This document shows positions 39,615-57,038 of a stretch of DNA of 64,000 bases, piece by piece. The stretch lies in the NCBI RefSeq assembly GCF_009914755.1, contig NC_060943.1; one strand, 5' to 3'. The translations under genes were made by a program, and so were the position numbers. The notes below the pieces were generated by a model. It was not told the origin of the DNA, ran no database searches, and saw only the letters and a program-made list of their open reading frames with translations. This DNA is from the human T2T-CHM13v2.0 reference genome, Homo sapiens. Position 1 is the stretch's first letter, and each line of letters starts with the position of its first letter.

Positions 39615-39705
39615 TCAGGCAGACCTGAGTTCACCTTTTGCTCTTTGTGGGCAATGCACTCTTCCCCTCTGAGCCTCGGTTTCCCCATGTGTAAAGCAGA
39701 GATGT
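39615..39705 (+). mobile_element. MIR fragment
   Basis: cccctctgagcctcggtttccccatgtgtaaa MIR core. Confidence 0.6.
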
Positions 39706-40069
39706 GGTCTGGTAGGTTAGCTGCCAGGAGGACGTGCAACAGCAGAAAGTCAGTGTCTACTGGGTGCCCGATGTGCCAGGCAGAGTGGGAGCGATTTGCA
39801 CTCCAGTGGCCTCACAGAGGAGACGGGGCCACCTGAGGAGCAGAGAGGTGCAGCACCTCCTCAGCATCGCACCGTGTGTAGGACTGAACCAGGGCCGGAG
39901 CTCAGATCTGGGCATCTGCATGCTCAGGACAGGTTACCTGAGCTCTGTGTGGTGTGAAACGGCGAGCGTCAGGAGCTTAGATCTAGGAGCCGGCAGCCCT
40001 GGACTCCGCTCTTTCTTCTGGGGATGAGGTAGCAGGTCCTGTGTGAGGGTGAAAAGTTGGTGGCTCTGA

Positions 40070-40528
<459 letters not shown>

Positions 40529-40712
40529 CCCAACTTTCTTTAAGACAACTCTTAAACCTTTTGTGCTAGTATCAACATTCAAAGCTGCACATGCACCTAT
40601 AGTCCCAGCTACTTAAGAGGCTGAGATGGGAGGATCGCATGAGCCCAGGAGTTGAAAGTGGGCCTGGGCAACATAGTGAGACACTGCCTCTACAAAAATA
40701 TTTTAAAAATTA

Positions 40713-41011
40713 GCTGGGGGTGGTAGCACACATCTGTAGTCCCAGATAGTTGGGCGGCTTAGGTGGGAGGAGAGCCCGAGCCCAGGACTTCTGAGCTGTA
40801 GCGCCCTATGTCGATCAGGTGTCTGTACTAAGTTCAGCATGAATATGATGACCTTCCAGGAGTGGGGCACCACCAGGTGGCCTAAGGAGGAGCGAATCTG
40901 CCCAGGTCAGAAATGGAGCAGGTCAAAACTGATGTGCTGATCCGTAGTGAGATAGTCCCTGTGAAGAGCCACTGCACTCCAGCCTGGGTGGCATAGCGAG
41001 ACCCCATCTCT
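40713..41011 (+). pseudogene. Full-length 7SL (SRP RNA) retropseudogene
   Basis: About 299 nt colinear with 7SL, including the S domain that Alus lack (ctaagttcagcat, caccaggtggcctaaggagg, cccaggtcagaaatggagcaggtcaaaact, cctgtgaagagccactgcactcc). CpG-decay substitutions and an A-rich tail are present. Confidence 0.93.
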
Positions 41012-41094
41012 ATAAAACAATAATGAAACAAAGGCAAAGCTCATGGTTAGTGGAATTTTCCAAGAGTCCCATGCAATTAAAATAATTAGAACTT

Positions 41095-41389
<295 letters not shown>

Positions 41390-41887
41390 TTAGAACTTGG
41401 CCAGAACTTACTTCCTCAATCCATTACGAACATTTCCAAATTTTCCTTCATAACGTTATCTTCAGTTTGCAAATAGTCTTCTGTTTAAGGCCTGTATTTC
41501 AGAAAGCTCCCAGGCTTTGGAAATCCCTCTCTTAATCTTGAAATGATGTTCAGGCAGTGAATTCCTCACGAAGTCGCCCTGAAGCCCTCTTGGTTTCCTG
41601 AGTGCAAGTGTCCCGTGGTGTGGGCAGGTTTTTCCTGTGTGCTGTGTGGGGCATGGACAGGCAGACAATGTAACAGGTGGGAGTGAGCTGTTGAGATGTG
41701 TATTAGAAATGTCACACGTGTCCATCGTTCGCACAGTCATCCTGCAGCTTCACAGACGTTATTGCTAAGGATGAGGCTAAGCGATAAAGAATCAGTTTGG
41801 TTCAGAGGAAAAATCCGTGGTAAAGGCAGTAGAGGGTGGGATGTGGCTTAGGCAGAACTCGTGGCTGGCGGTGTCTTGACTCTCTGA

Positions 41888-42118
<231 letters not shown>

Positions 42119-42164
42119 TGAGTACCCGCTGCCAGCAACATCCCACACGCCGCTCACACGCTCC

Positions 42165-42510
42165 TGTGTTTGTTTCCTAAGTTTGCCGCAGTAGAATACC
42201 ACAAACGAGGTGGCTTAATTACAGAAATTTGTTTTCCTGGAGGCCAGAAGTCCAGGGTCAAGGTGTAGCAGGTTGCTTCCTCCTGAGGCCTCTCTTCCTG
42301 CTTGCAGGGATACGTGCTTACATGTATCTCACTGTGTCTTCACATGGTCCTTCCTCTGTGCGTGTCTGTGTCCTCATCTCTTCTTCTTAGAAGGACATGG
42401 GTCAGGTTGGATGAGGGTGCATCCTAATGGCCTGCTTTAACTTCATTGCCTCTGTATTGGCCCTGTCTCCAGGTACAGTCGCATCCTGAGCTGCTGGGGG
42501 TCAGGACTGC
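42165..42510 (-). mobile_element. MLT1-type MaLR LTR
   Basis: taccacaaacgaggtggcttaa...ggaggccagaagtccagggtcaaggtgt...cacatggtccttcctctgtg. Confidence 0.7.
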
Positions 42511-43788
42511 TCCACCAGCCTCGGGGCTGTGCACAGCTCCACCCGTCACAGCCTCTGCCTCTGGGTCCCGGATCAAGTGGGGGCATGACTGTGCATCCCC
42601 TCCACCCCTGGGGAGGCCTGGGGTCCCTCTCCCGGGATGTCCTTGGTGTCCTTTTCAAGTCCCACAACCAGCAAAGTCCATGCAGGGGAGTCGCAGGAGA
42701 CAAGAACCTCCCACTAGAAAAGTAGGGTGAGGCCATTGAGGCTCCATTGAACAGTCTCTACTTCCTCACTGTGCAGTGCCCTGCAAGGGCCACCAGAGCC
42801 CTCGGGCACATCCCAGCATGGCCCAGGTCCTTGGGCATGGTGGGATCCGGACACCCTGAGAGGCTCTCACTTGCCACTGCCTGGCTCCACCGGCCTTTTT
42901 CTCCCTGCAAACAGAGTCCGCCCCCCTGCCCACCTCTCTCGACATCTCTCTACCCAGCTCAGCCCCTGCACTAAAGGGGGACCTGCCTAGGGTTTTCCCA
43001 GAAAGCCCCAGGGCCGGCTCTTACTGGTCCAGTTCAAGTCACATGTCCAGCAAGCAGACAGTCACCGGCCTGGGGGTTAGTCTGGTCTGATTGGGCAAAC
43101 TTCAGCATAGCATTTGGTCTGGCCCTAGAGCACAGCCCCTAACTCCAACCAGGCACTCATTGGGACCACTACAGCCACGAGTCAGCAGCGGACCCCCAAC
43201 TCCTGGCAGGCTGGGGAGCGGCATGCCCATGCTCCAACCCCATGGGAAAATGCCCTTCTGCCTATAAGACAGCCAGGCCCCATGGGTCACACACCCATAG
43301 GGTAGGCCTGACGTCCTGACTGTTGCAGGGAGGACTGGAGGAAAGGTGAGGACCCCAGAACCCTCCCAGGTTTACTGTGGAACTGTTTCTTTCTTCTATC
43401 TCCCTGCTTCCTACGTGGCGGGTAGAACAGACTGCTCTGAAGGAGCAGGGCGTCCTTGTGCACAGCGCTGCAGGTAGCTGCACCTCCCCTCGTGGTCAGA
43501 CCCAGATTGCTACAGCGTTCCTGCTGCACCTGCCTGAGCTCTGTCCCCTGTCTGTGTCTGGAGGCTGTTCCTTCCGGCTCTGCCCACCTCCTGGCTCCCC
43601 TCTGCCCTTCTTCCCCTGGAGGCTGATGGGTGCAGTGGCAGTCGCCCTCTGCAGTTCCCGATTTTCCCTCCTTTCACTTACAGACTTCTCAGATCACCAT
43701 CTCTGCTGGAACGCCGCTCTCCAGGGTGCTGTTGTTTTGCAGCCTTGGTTCTTAGTTGTTAATTTTTTGCTTTAAAAAATTTTTTTAA

Positions 43789-44115
<327 letters not shown>

Positions 44116-44664
44116 CGACCTCATTCTTAGAAAACATTGTAGAGTTAGTGTAAAGAATTGCTATGCACCCTTCACCCATCTTCCCCATTCTTTCATAACC
44201 CCAAGACAATTATGAAAACCAGGAAGATAACATGGACGTAGGACTAATAGCAAACCAGAGGCCTTATTTACCAATCTTGTCAGTTTTCTCACAAGTGGCC
44301 TTGCTCTGGTCCAGGATCCCACACTGTCACGTCTGTGTGGCATGCCTGTGGCAGTTCCTCATTTCGTCTTTGTCCTGGTCGAGCTTGACGCTGTTGAATC
44401 CTGATCGGACCTTTGGTAGACTCTCCTTCAATTTGGGTTTGTCCGATGTGATCGCGTGGAGCAACACCACGCCCTGCTTGATGTGCCTTAGCGGGGAAGG
44501 CATGAGATGTTGAGGCCTTGGTGTCTCGGGCAAGGTGCCTGCTGGGTTTCCCACTGTAAACCTAGGAGTTACACTTTCCGTTAATAACTGTCTCGTGGGA
44601 ACGTACTTCGACACTTGTGAATATCTCATTTCTCTTCCTACTTTCCTCAATAATTTCAGCATCT

Positions 44665-45391
<727 letters not shown>

Positions 45392-47938
45392 GCAAACGTC
45401 AGATAAGTCTTGCCTGAAAAAATAATTACATGAGAGTTGCCAAATACATGGTTACCTGTTTCTGTCCGCTCTTCTCTACAAATTAATTGGAATTCCACCG
45501 TTAGGAAGAGCTTTCCCGTCTCCCCCATGTGCTTGTTTGGGTAATTATTATATCAGTGTGGGCGTGAACAAATATTATTTATTTTGTTGCTTCAGTTTTT
45601 TTCAGATTTGGCCTGGGAGAATTCTCCCTGGAAGAATTGTGTCTTCTCTATGTATTCAGTCATTTGTTAATATGAGTATGGACCCACGGATATTTATTTA
45701 GTACTCCAGGCTACGCACCAGTGGCTGGGTTTTTTTTGTTTTGTGGCTCAAATCCATCCAGCTTTGGCCACTGGGAGTGCTTTCAGTTGGCTCTTCTGTC
45801 CTTTGACACGCCCCCAGCATCGGGTGAATTTTGAGGACTTTCTTGCTTTTTGGCACCAAGAGATGCTGCAGGCTCATGTAGTCTATTTCCCGCCCACTCC
45901 CTCAAATCAGCCATTTCTCCAAGGAGCCCTGGTTTCCCTTCTTACAGAATGGTTTTGGGAACCAAGACCTGGGTCCTGGATGGGCCTGTTGCTTCTGGGG
46001 TGTCATTGCTCCTGGGGCCCTCTCAGTGGTCAGTGCTAGGAGATTCATGTGCGCGTGCTGATGCTTTGTGCACGTATCGTCTAAAAGGCCTTCTCTGCCT
46101 CGGCATCTGTTTCTGTGTTAAGCTGAACGTGAGTTCATACCACTGTCTGCGGCTCTGAGTGAGGACCACAGGTTCCTTCTCACACTTCCACCCTGTGTGT
46201 GCGCCCATTCTCAGCTTCCGTGGACAACAGTTTCAGAGTAGTGAGCCGGTACCTCCGGGAAGCATCTTGAGCCACTAGAGCGCAGGCCTTGGGGCCAGTT
46301 CCTTGTGTGTTCAGACCTCCAGATTGCAGTCAGATTCCATTTCCAGGGTGATAGAGGTCACCTTCTTCCCCTACTTCAGTGAGGTTGTGAGGTGGGTGCT
46401 CCTGCAGTCTTTCCCACTGCGCCCCACCTGGGCAAGCGTCCATGCTGTGGAACGCCAGCTCCTGCAGGCCAGAAGAGGGCCCGCGCGCTAGGAAATGTTT
46501 ACGGCGTATGGGCATCCGGCTGTGCCGGCCCTCTCACTGGGAATTGCTGCCTCCTGCCATGAGCTGCTTGTCCTGCCTCCGTTTGGACCTCTGTCTCTGG
46601 GACCTGTCCCCTCAGTCCCCTCCTGACCCTTGCTCCTGGCTCTTCTCCCTCCCAGTGCAGATGCTCCGCACACCTCCGGCTTCTCCCTTGGTGCGCTGAC
46701 TGTCCCCATCACTCCAGGGAGGTTTCACTGTTCCTGAGTCAGCGGAAGCACAGGGTCAGGCCCTACGGGCCAGGTCCGGTGGCTCCAAGATGCCATCAGG
46801 GACCCAGCCTCCCCCAGGTTTCTGCCCAGTCATTCTTGGGTGACTCCAACCCTCAGGCTCCTTACCTCATGGTTGCAGGACGGCTGCACTGCCTCCCTCG
46901 CCTCATGCAGGAGAGTGGGCAGGAAAGAGTTCTAGGAGAGTGGGCAGGGCAAAAGGCAGCAGAAGCGCAAGGCTGCTGAGCCTCTGCTCCCCACGCTTCT
47001 TCAGGAACTCTCCCCAGCCTTCACCACAGCCATGCGTCCTTCTGTCTATTGGCTGTGCCGCCTGGTTGGCTGTGGCTTCCAGCGGGGCTGGAGATGGGTT
47101 CATGGTGGACACAGCACCTCCCTCGTGGAGCTGCTTGGGGGCAAACCACGAGTAGTCCCTGGGACTCCAGCTTCGAGCCCTGTCTTTACGGACCACCCCG
47201 TCTAGACTTTCTGAGTGGCTTCCCTCCCCCACTGAAAACTCCCTGCCCCAGAGTTCCTCCCAGAGCCCGTCCCCTTTGGGACTCAGCTTTATTACCGCCT
47301 CCACCCTCTCCTCAGTCTCTAGGCTGTCGGTCTCAGGTGACTCACCCCTCCCCACTGCATTCTGCCTGCCCCCATGTCCTCCCTCATTCCAGCCCTGGTC
47401 ATCCCACAGGGGAACAGCCACGAGTTGCCGCTCCCTCCCATCCCTGTCCTCCCGCCTGCCACCTGAGCCAGGCCCCGCCTCGCCCCTCACTGTCCTCGTT
47501 CTCTCTCACAGTCAGGAACCTTCCGTGGCTGGAGGGTGGCAGAAAGACTGTTTGGTGTCTCCTATATCCTCAGGTCTCCACAGCACTGTTGCTAGCCTGG
47601 CTCTGGGCGTGAAGCCTGTGCTCTGAAGCTGCATTTTCCCGGCAGCAGGTCCAGGCTTCCCCAGCCCTGGCAGCATTGTTTCTGTCCCCCATCACATCTC
47701 TGTGTCCCTACTTCTCACTCTAAAGGGCCTTGCCCTCTTTTCCCAGTGGCCTCCCTTCTGTCCTCTGAGGCAGAGCCCTTCACGTCCTCGCCAGTCTCTC
47801 TTCCTCCCTCCCTCCCTCAGCTGCCCTAAACACAGTTTCTCTGCCCACTCGGAGGGCTGTGGCCATGTTGGCCTCGCCCCTGACAGCCAGTGGCTATGGG
47901 TTTGCACAGTGAGCCATTGATGAGAGACCGGCACTTGA

Positions 47939-48043
<105 letters not shown>

Positions 48044-48286
48044 TGAGGTTTCCTCTCTTGCTACGGAGGTGCAGGCGGTGGTGGGCAGGACGTCCACACA
48101 TACCTCTGGACAGTGAACCTGAGAATGCTGGGTCTCCAGTCGCATGGAGTCTCCAGGACAGCCTGGAACTCCAGTCACATGGATCCGGGAGTTTGGACTG
48201 GGCAGGGACAGGGCAGATTAGCTCACTGGGGAGGAGACAGGAGTGAGCATGGTGGCCAGCACTCAGAGGCCAGCTCAGGCGCCTGA

Positions 48287-48856
<570 letters not shown>

Positions 48857-49419
48857 TAGGTGGGGGCGACCTCAGGTTTACCTCCCTAACTGTCTCCAGG
48901 CAGGCCCTGAGTCAGGCCCAGAAGCTGGGGCCATCTACACAGCATGCGCTCTGCCTCCTCTCGGGCCTTCTGCCCAGAGAGCCTCAGCACCAAGGCGTCT
49001 CCTGACCCGCCTACAGAGTCCCCATGGGGCCTTGGCCAGACCAGTCTTGTCCTCCTGTCTCATTGCCTTGGCCGTCCCTCCCTGGGGCCCTGGCTTCTCA
49101 CCACAGGCCATGGGCTGAGATTCAGCATGTGGGGGAGAGCTCGAGGGCCAAATACCATGACTGCCTGCTGGCCTTGGGCAGCTGGTTCGGGCTGTTCTGT
49201 GAGGGTCCTACTGTCCTGGAAGCCTCTTCTGGGACGAAACTGTGAAGGGAGTCCCAGCGTGGCCATGACTGAGAATACGGCCCAGATAGAAAACAGACAT
49301 AGCCCTCTGCCTCCAAAAACTCATGTTCCTCATTTGAGGAGGGGTAAAGATGTACCTGGTCTCACCCCTAAACATCCAGCTGAGTGAGTGTTGAACAGTA
49401 GAGAGTTTTTTGCGTTTTG

Positions 49420-49970
49420 GTTTTTTTTTTTTTGAGACCGAGTCTCGCTCTGTTGCCCATGCTGGAGTGCAGTGATGTGATCACAGCTCACTGCAGGCCT
49501 GACCTCCTGGCCTCAAGCGATCCTCCCACCTCACCCTCCTGAGTAGCTGGGACTACAGGTGTGCGCCACCACTCCCAGCTAACTTTTTTAAATTTATTTT
49601 TTATGGAGATGGGGTCTTGCTGTACTGCCCAGGCTGGTCTCAAACTCCTGGCCTCAAGGAATCCTCTCGCCTTGGCCTCACAAAGCACTGGGCAACTGTG
49701 TCTGGCCTAACAGTAGAGTTCTTGACCCAGGTATGGGGGGATGGAGGAGCTGTTTATGGGTGGCTCCGCCTCTCAGTGCATGGCTGGAGTGACAGTACTG
49801 GAATACTGGGGCTGTGAACTGGGTGTTTTCTTTTCTTTTTCTCTTCTTTTTTTTTTTTATTGAGACAGAGTCTCACAGCTGTCACCCAGGCTGGAGTGCA
49901 GTGGAGCGATCTCAGCTCACTGCAACAACCTCTGCCTCCTGGGTTCAAGTGATTCTCCTGCCTCAGCCTT
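49420..49970 (-). mobile_element. AluJ-like element and a partial Alu
   Basis: Alu consensus. Confidence 0.85.
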
Positions 49971-50432
49971 CCGAGGACTGGGTGCTTTATCCCGGAGCCA
50001 ACAAGGGAGGAAACTGAGGCCCAGGGAGCTGGGTATCCCACGTGCAGGCTCTTACCTCAGGTCCATGCTTCAGGTGCCTCCTTTGTGGCTCACCCCTGCT
50101 GACTCCTTACAAAGCCAGGCCGTTGGCAGGCACAGGAACCAGGCTCTGAAACCCCGTGCTCCCCTGCCAGTGGCTCAGTTGATGTAATCACCCTGCAGTG
50201 GGAGTGCTCTTTGAGTGCGGCCACTGCGCCCCCTCCCGACCCGCATGGCCCTGTATGTAGTGGCGCTGGCCCCTACCCCATGGGGCCCACATTCTGAACC
50301 ACAGGCTGCTCATTAGAAATGTACCGTCACCAACCCAGTTCCCCTGAGACCCTCCACACCAGCAGGACAAGTCCCCCAGTCAGCAAGATGTGTCTTCTGC
50401 CAGAACGTGCTCGGCATTTTTCTGTGCTGTAG

Positions 50433-51083
<651 letters not shown>

Positions 51084-52522
51084 TGAGAGTCTGCATCTGC
51101 ATGGAGCAGGGGAGCCCTGGAACCCAAGGCTGGGGCAGCCACAAGGGCCCCAGGGGAGCAGGGCAGAGGTCATGGTGGTGAATCTCGGAATGCTCGGGGC
51201 GTCTCTGACCCTATGCTCCAGGTGCAGAGTGGATGGTGAGGAAGATGGCCCTGAGGCAGCTGTGGGACCGCAAGCGTGTGGAGAGCACAGCTAGAGGCTG
51301 TAGCGTGCTGTAGGCCCCTTTAGGTGCCCTCAGAACTCACCCTCAGGGCAGTGGGAAGGAAACTTGGAAGATTCCAGTTAGCGGGGCCACATGGTCAGGT
51401 TCTGTCTTACGTTGTTTTCAAAAAGCTCAGTGGCCAGTGTGTCTCAATGTCTGGGTGGCACCATCAGCCAGACTGTGGCATGGCAGCATCATCATTGATG
51501 AGTGGTCCCACACCAGCACTGATCCCTGAGCCTAGAGCTCCTTGCTGTTGGAGGTTGAAACTGTGGGACAGACTGTGTTTCCTGCTGAGGGGTTTAAGTA
51601 ACCAGATGCTGAAGTGTGGGCAGAACTACAGAGGTTACCTCGAAGTGCCCTGCCCAGCACGGCTGGGCCCACCCCCTTCTTCCCACCTTAGACAGGTCCA
51701 GGGCAGCTGGGGCCTTCCTGGCCTCATGCGTGAGTTCCCTGCCCTCTCGGCTGCTGGTCAAGGCAGAGACTCTTCTGATGGCGAAACCGAGGCATTCCCC
51801 AAAGCCTCGTGATAAAGGAGTCCCCAATTTTTAGACTCCCGGGACCCCCACACTAAGGGCCAGGATCTGATGCTATAGTTTTGTCACTTTCTGAGCCGAG
51901 CAAAAGCTCTGCCAAAGGATTGCCAGGGAAGCAATAGAAGAAAAGTTTTGGCGTCGTCTCATTTTCCTTTAACTTTTTTAATTAAAACATTTTAAAAGTT
52001 AATTATTAGTAGAGGAGTAGGCGCCGTGGGAGGTCAGGGTTTCTTTCACCTGGTTCCACCCAGGCTGAATGAGAGTCCCTTGGGGCTCCCGGTGGCAGAG
52101 CCCTCCCTGAGAATCACCCGCTATAAGCCCCATGTGGTCAGCCTGGCCCCTGCAGCGCTCCTGGCATGAGCTTGGCGTGGGGTGGGTCTGTGGACACTCC
52201 AGTTTGTGTTACTCGTGGAGAAGCAGCATGCCCGCTGCCGGGGGTCTTTCTGGTGAGGCACAGGGAGCAGAGTGCTCTGGGTACTGCGGTTCCATGTCCC
52301 AGGAATTACATGGAGGGAACCAGATCCTCACAGTTTCCTAAGGAAGAGGGTGCCCTGCCTGGCTCCCAGAAAGCATAAAGCAGGCTGAAAAGCCACGTGC
52401 CAAGGGCAAGATCACCCCAGGGGACCCCGTCCACCCTGTCCCCACATCCGCACCTTCTAGTGAGACCTCTGTCGCCCTCCTTTGGAGGTAACGCTTGCTT
52501 CTCCTGTCTTGGGGGCTTCCAG

Positions 52523-52636
52523 GTGGACCTGAATGAGGAGGAAACCATTCTCATCATCCGGCGTCTCCACAAAGTGCTGCGGCCCTTCTTGCTCCGACGA
52601 CTCAAGAAGGAAGTCGAGGCCCAGTTGCCCGAAAAG
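52523..52636 (+). CDS. SMARCA4: SMARCA4 exon 20 (VDLNEEET...[16 protein letters not shown])
   Basis: cttccag| ... AAG|gtgatg; 114 nt. Confidence 0.97.
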
Positions 52637-53335
52637 GTGATGGAGTTTTGAGGGGAGCCACCAGTGAAGCAGCCTCACGTGGGGGCTTTCTCCAGGGCTG
52701 GGCGTGCTCAGGGCCTCTCCCCACAGTCCCAGGCCTGCCCTGGTCAATCCAGCTTGGGGGTGGCGATGACGCCACTGGGTCTGTAAAGCCCTGTGCTGCT
52801 GTTGTAGGGATTGAAAAGCACTCATAGGCTCACATAGCTCACAATAGGTTAGAGCACAAAATCCCACTTCCTGTCAGGGGGCCAGGTGCCTGTGCGGGCT
52901 CTCCTGGCCACATCAGGAGGGGCCGTGGGCTTGGGGTTGCCCCCCGGCCCCCCATCATGGCTCTGGGTTTTCAAGGCCTGCTGCAGCCACACCCCTGGGC
53001 CCAGTTCCCACAGCAAGACCCATGGACTCGGGGTCCCCGGCTGCAGTTGTCCCTCTTGGCTCTTTGTTTCCTGGCTGGCTGTAGAGAGGCCCCCAGAAGA
53101 TGGCTGGGGGGCCCTTTCTGGCCCAGTAACCCTCTGGTATCTCTGCCTGGTGCTTCCTCTCATTGCCCAGGTCTCCCCTCTTCTCCCCAGCTGTGAGGGT
53201 CTCCTCACCCACACCCCAGTGTGCTCTGGTCAGAGCTCATATGACAGGGCCGAGGGGGTCAGAGCTGGGTTCGGATGGGGGGAGTCAGGCCTCAAGCCAC
53301 CTTGGGCCCTCGTGAGCATTATGTGTCCCCTGCAG

Positions 53336-53443
53336 GTGGAGTACGTCATCAAGTGCGACATGTCTGCGCTGCAGCGAGTGCTCTACCGCCACATGCAGGC
53401 CAAGGGCGTGCTGCTGACTGATGGCTCCGAGAAGGACAAGAAG
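53336..53443 (+). CDS. SMARCA4: SMARCA4 exon 21 ([10 protein letters not shown]...EKDKK)
   Basis: cctgcag| ... AAG|gtgggc; 108 nt. Confidence 0.97.
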
Positions 53444-54078
53444 GTGGGCCCCAGAGTCCCCCAACTGCATTCCCCACTGGGTGTCCAAGGCCGGCAGCGT
53501 GGCAGGCAGAGCAGAGCGTGCTCTGACCATCGGGTCATGATCTGGTCATGATCCCCAGGGCATCTGGCCAGCCCTGGTTATGATGGCTGGTGGCTTGTGT
53601 CAGGACACACTGACTCAGCTGCCAGTGGCTTCTCCTTTGCCTATGAAACACTGGCTCCTTCTGCAATTGGCAGCCTGGGCCCAGCACTAACCCCAGCAGG
53701 GTTAGAGTGTTCTAGAATGCCCCCCTTCTCTGTTATTAAGTGAAAGGAAGGGAGCGGGCTGTCTCCTGCAGGGGCTGCTCTGAGAATCCCAGGCCCCAGG
53801 CCCCACCTGCCTGGCTCTCCTCACCAGCAGTGAAATTATCCTCCCAGGAAATGCACCAGACCCCTTGATTCTGCCCCCAAGGCCTTGACCTCGGCCTGGC
53901 TTCCCCGAGACGTTGTGTCTGTGCCCCTTCTCCCCTGAGCTGAGCAGCAGTGTGTTCCCTAGTCCATTCCCAGCCCAGAGCATGCACCCCCCGCCCCGCC
54001 CCCACCTCCTTCCTCATCCTGGAGCCCAGGGAGCCCTGAGTCATGGCTCACCCGGCTGAGGCCCTCTTGCCCAGCTGA

Positions 54079-54564
<486 letters not shown>

Positions 54565-55304
54565 TAGGCAGAGCTGGCTTCTCCTCGACAGCTCTTTAAA
54601 AACAGACTCGAATATTTTCATTAGGTAATGCCTGTACATCTGTCTCTCATTTGGTCTTCGCTTCACCAGTGCTTACGGGAAGAATCCCAGCAGTTAGGGC
54701 GCAACGTGCGATAGGAATATAGGGCCCTGAAAGCTTGCCCTCAGAGAGCAGGAGCGTTTGGAGACTTCTCTGGGGATGTGTCCCCCCACAGTGGGGTCCT
54801 GCTGCGTCTCTTTGGCTCACTGGCTTTTCTCACGTTGCGGGGCGTCAAGAGTCACCACCGTCTTCAGTGAAGTGTGGGGGAGTCAGAACCCTTTTTGGTC
54901 ATGGTGGCTTTGAGAATCTGGGTTCTTAGAAGCATGCATATGTTCGTGTTTCTTGGTGTAAAGTGTCAGGGTCGTTGGAGACCGCCTGCTGCCCCGAGAG
55001 CCCCTGGGGCTGTCTCAGCACCCTGAGCGTGGCTGTGGCCCCATGACGTCCTCGTGCATTCAGGGTGTGAAGAGTGCTGTATGGGATGTCCTTTCCTTCG
55101 TTGGAGGAGTGTGAGGGAAAGGATGTCAGTGGACTAAGAAAGATGGTTTTGGCATCTGTGTCTGGTCTCAGAGCCGCCGTGGGCCCGTGCCGAGCACACA
55201 GTGTGGGGGCTTTGTCCTCTGAGCACGAGCGGTGTGTGCGGACCGCAGCGGGGCCCGGTGGCCTGCTCCTGCCTGTCACTGACCCCTCTCTCCTTGCCTT
55301 GCAG

Positions 55305-55351
55305 GAGTCCTTTTCCGAGCACTTGGGGTTCACTGGCGGCATTGTCCAAGG
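55305..55351 (+). CDS. SMARCA4: SMARCA4 exon 23 (ESFSEHLGFTGGIVQG)
   Basis: cttgcag| ... AGG|gtgaga; 47 nt. Confidence 0.96.
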
Positions 55352-55494
55352 GTGAGAAGCTTCCCAACTGGATGGGGTGGGCAGGTGGTCCACCCAGAGG
55401 TTTTCTGTCGTTTTGTTGGCTTTATTGCTGCTGTTATGTTGTCCAATTTCAAAGGCAGAAAATTAGAAAATACAGAAGAATCCAAAGCAAATAA

Positions 55495-55819
<325 letters not shown>

Positions 55820-55864
55820 TAGTGCTTGGAGAGCTGACCACTATTAACCCCAAGAGACAGGATT

Positions 55865-55965
55865 CCTGAGGCAGACCTGGCTTACAGATCCCACTCTGCC
55901 GCCTCCAAGCTCTGTGACTCTAGACAGCTTTCTTAACCTCTCTGAGCCTAAACTCTGCTCACTAG
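55865..55965 (+). mobile_element. MIR fragment
   Basis: cagacctgg...cccactctgcc...cttaacctctctgagcct. Confidence 0.6.
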
Positions 55966-56750
55966 TACAGAGGCACTCTTTACATCATGTGGGTGTTTTC
56001 TATAGCACCCTTTGTAAGGGGCAGCCCAGACTCCTTTAAGCCCCTAATGGATGTGGATGCTGTGTCTAGATTTTCACCATTGCAAAGAACCTTGCTAAAA
56101 GCATTCTTCCAGCTAAAGCCTCCATTCAATTCCCCTGGGGTAGTAAGCCATTTGCAAGAAGAGAGGCGCCTAATGAAAACATCACAAATTCTTTTTGATG
56201 TGTTTTTTTATACTGAGTTGTGGAACAGGGTCCTGTACACCTGGCTTCAAGGCTGGGAGGCCTGGCTTGGACATGTGGTCAGCCATATCACGTCGTCCCC
56301 CTGCCAGCCTCAGTGTCCACATCTACAACACTTGGGGTTTGGCTGGAGAGAACATGAGAAGCCGAGGTGGCCCTTCCTTCTGGGTCTAGCAGAGCATGGG
56401 TGTCTCCAGTGTGGCATTTGCTCCTGGGGCTTCTTTATCGGGCAAGGGGACAAGGTCTGGCTTCCCGGAGCATCCCTGTTCCAGCCCCGTGTTGTGCCGG
56501 CCATGTGACTCACAGCTCCTCTCATTTTCATGAGTGTCTGGGTTTGACGAGAAATACATGTGCCACCCTGGTGATACGCCTCCCCAGCGAGGGTGGCCGG
56601 GCTTATTTCAGTTGGGGGAAATGGCTTTGCTGAAGCTTTGGGTGGGTGACGTCTGCTTAGGATGCATGTCTGTGCCCTTGAACCCGGCGCCTGGCCTGGA
56701 GGCGGGCGATGCACCTCCTGCCTTACCTGCCTGCAGGGTTCCAGGTTTAA

Positions 56751-57038
<288 letters not shown>

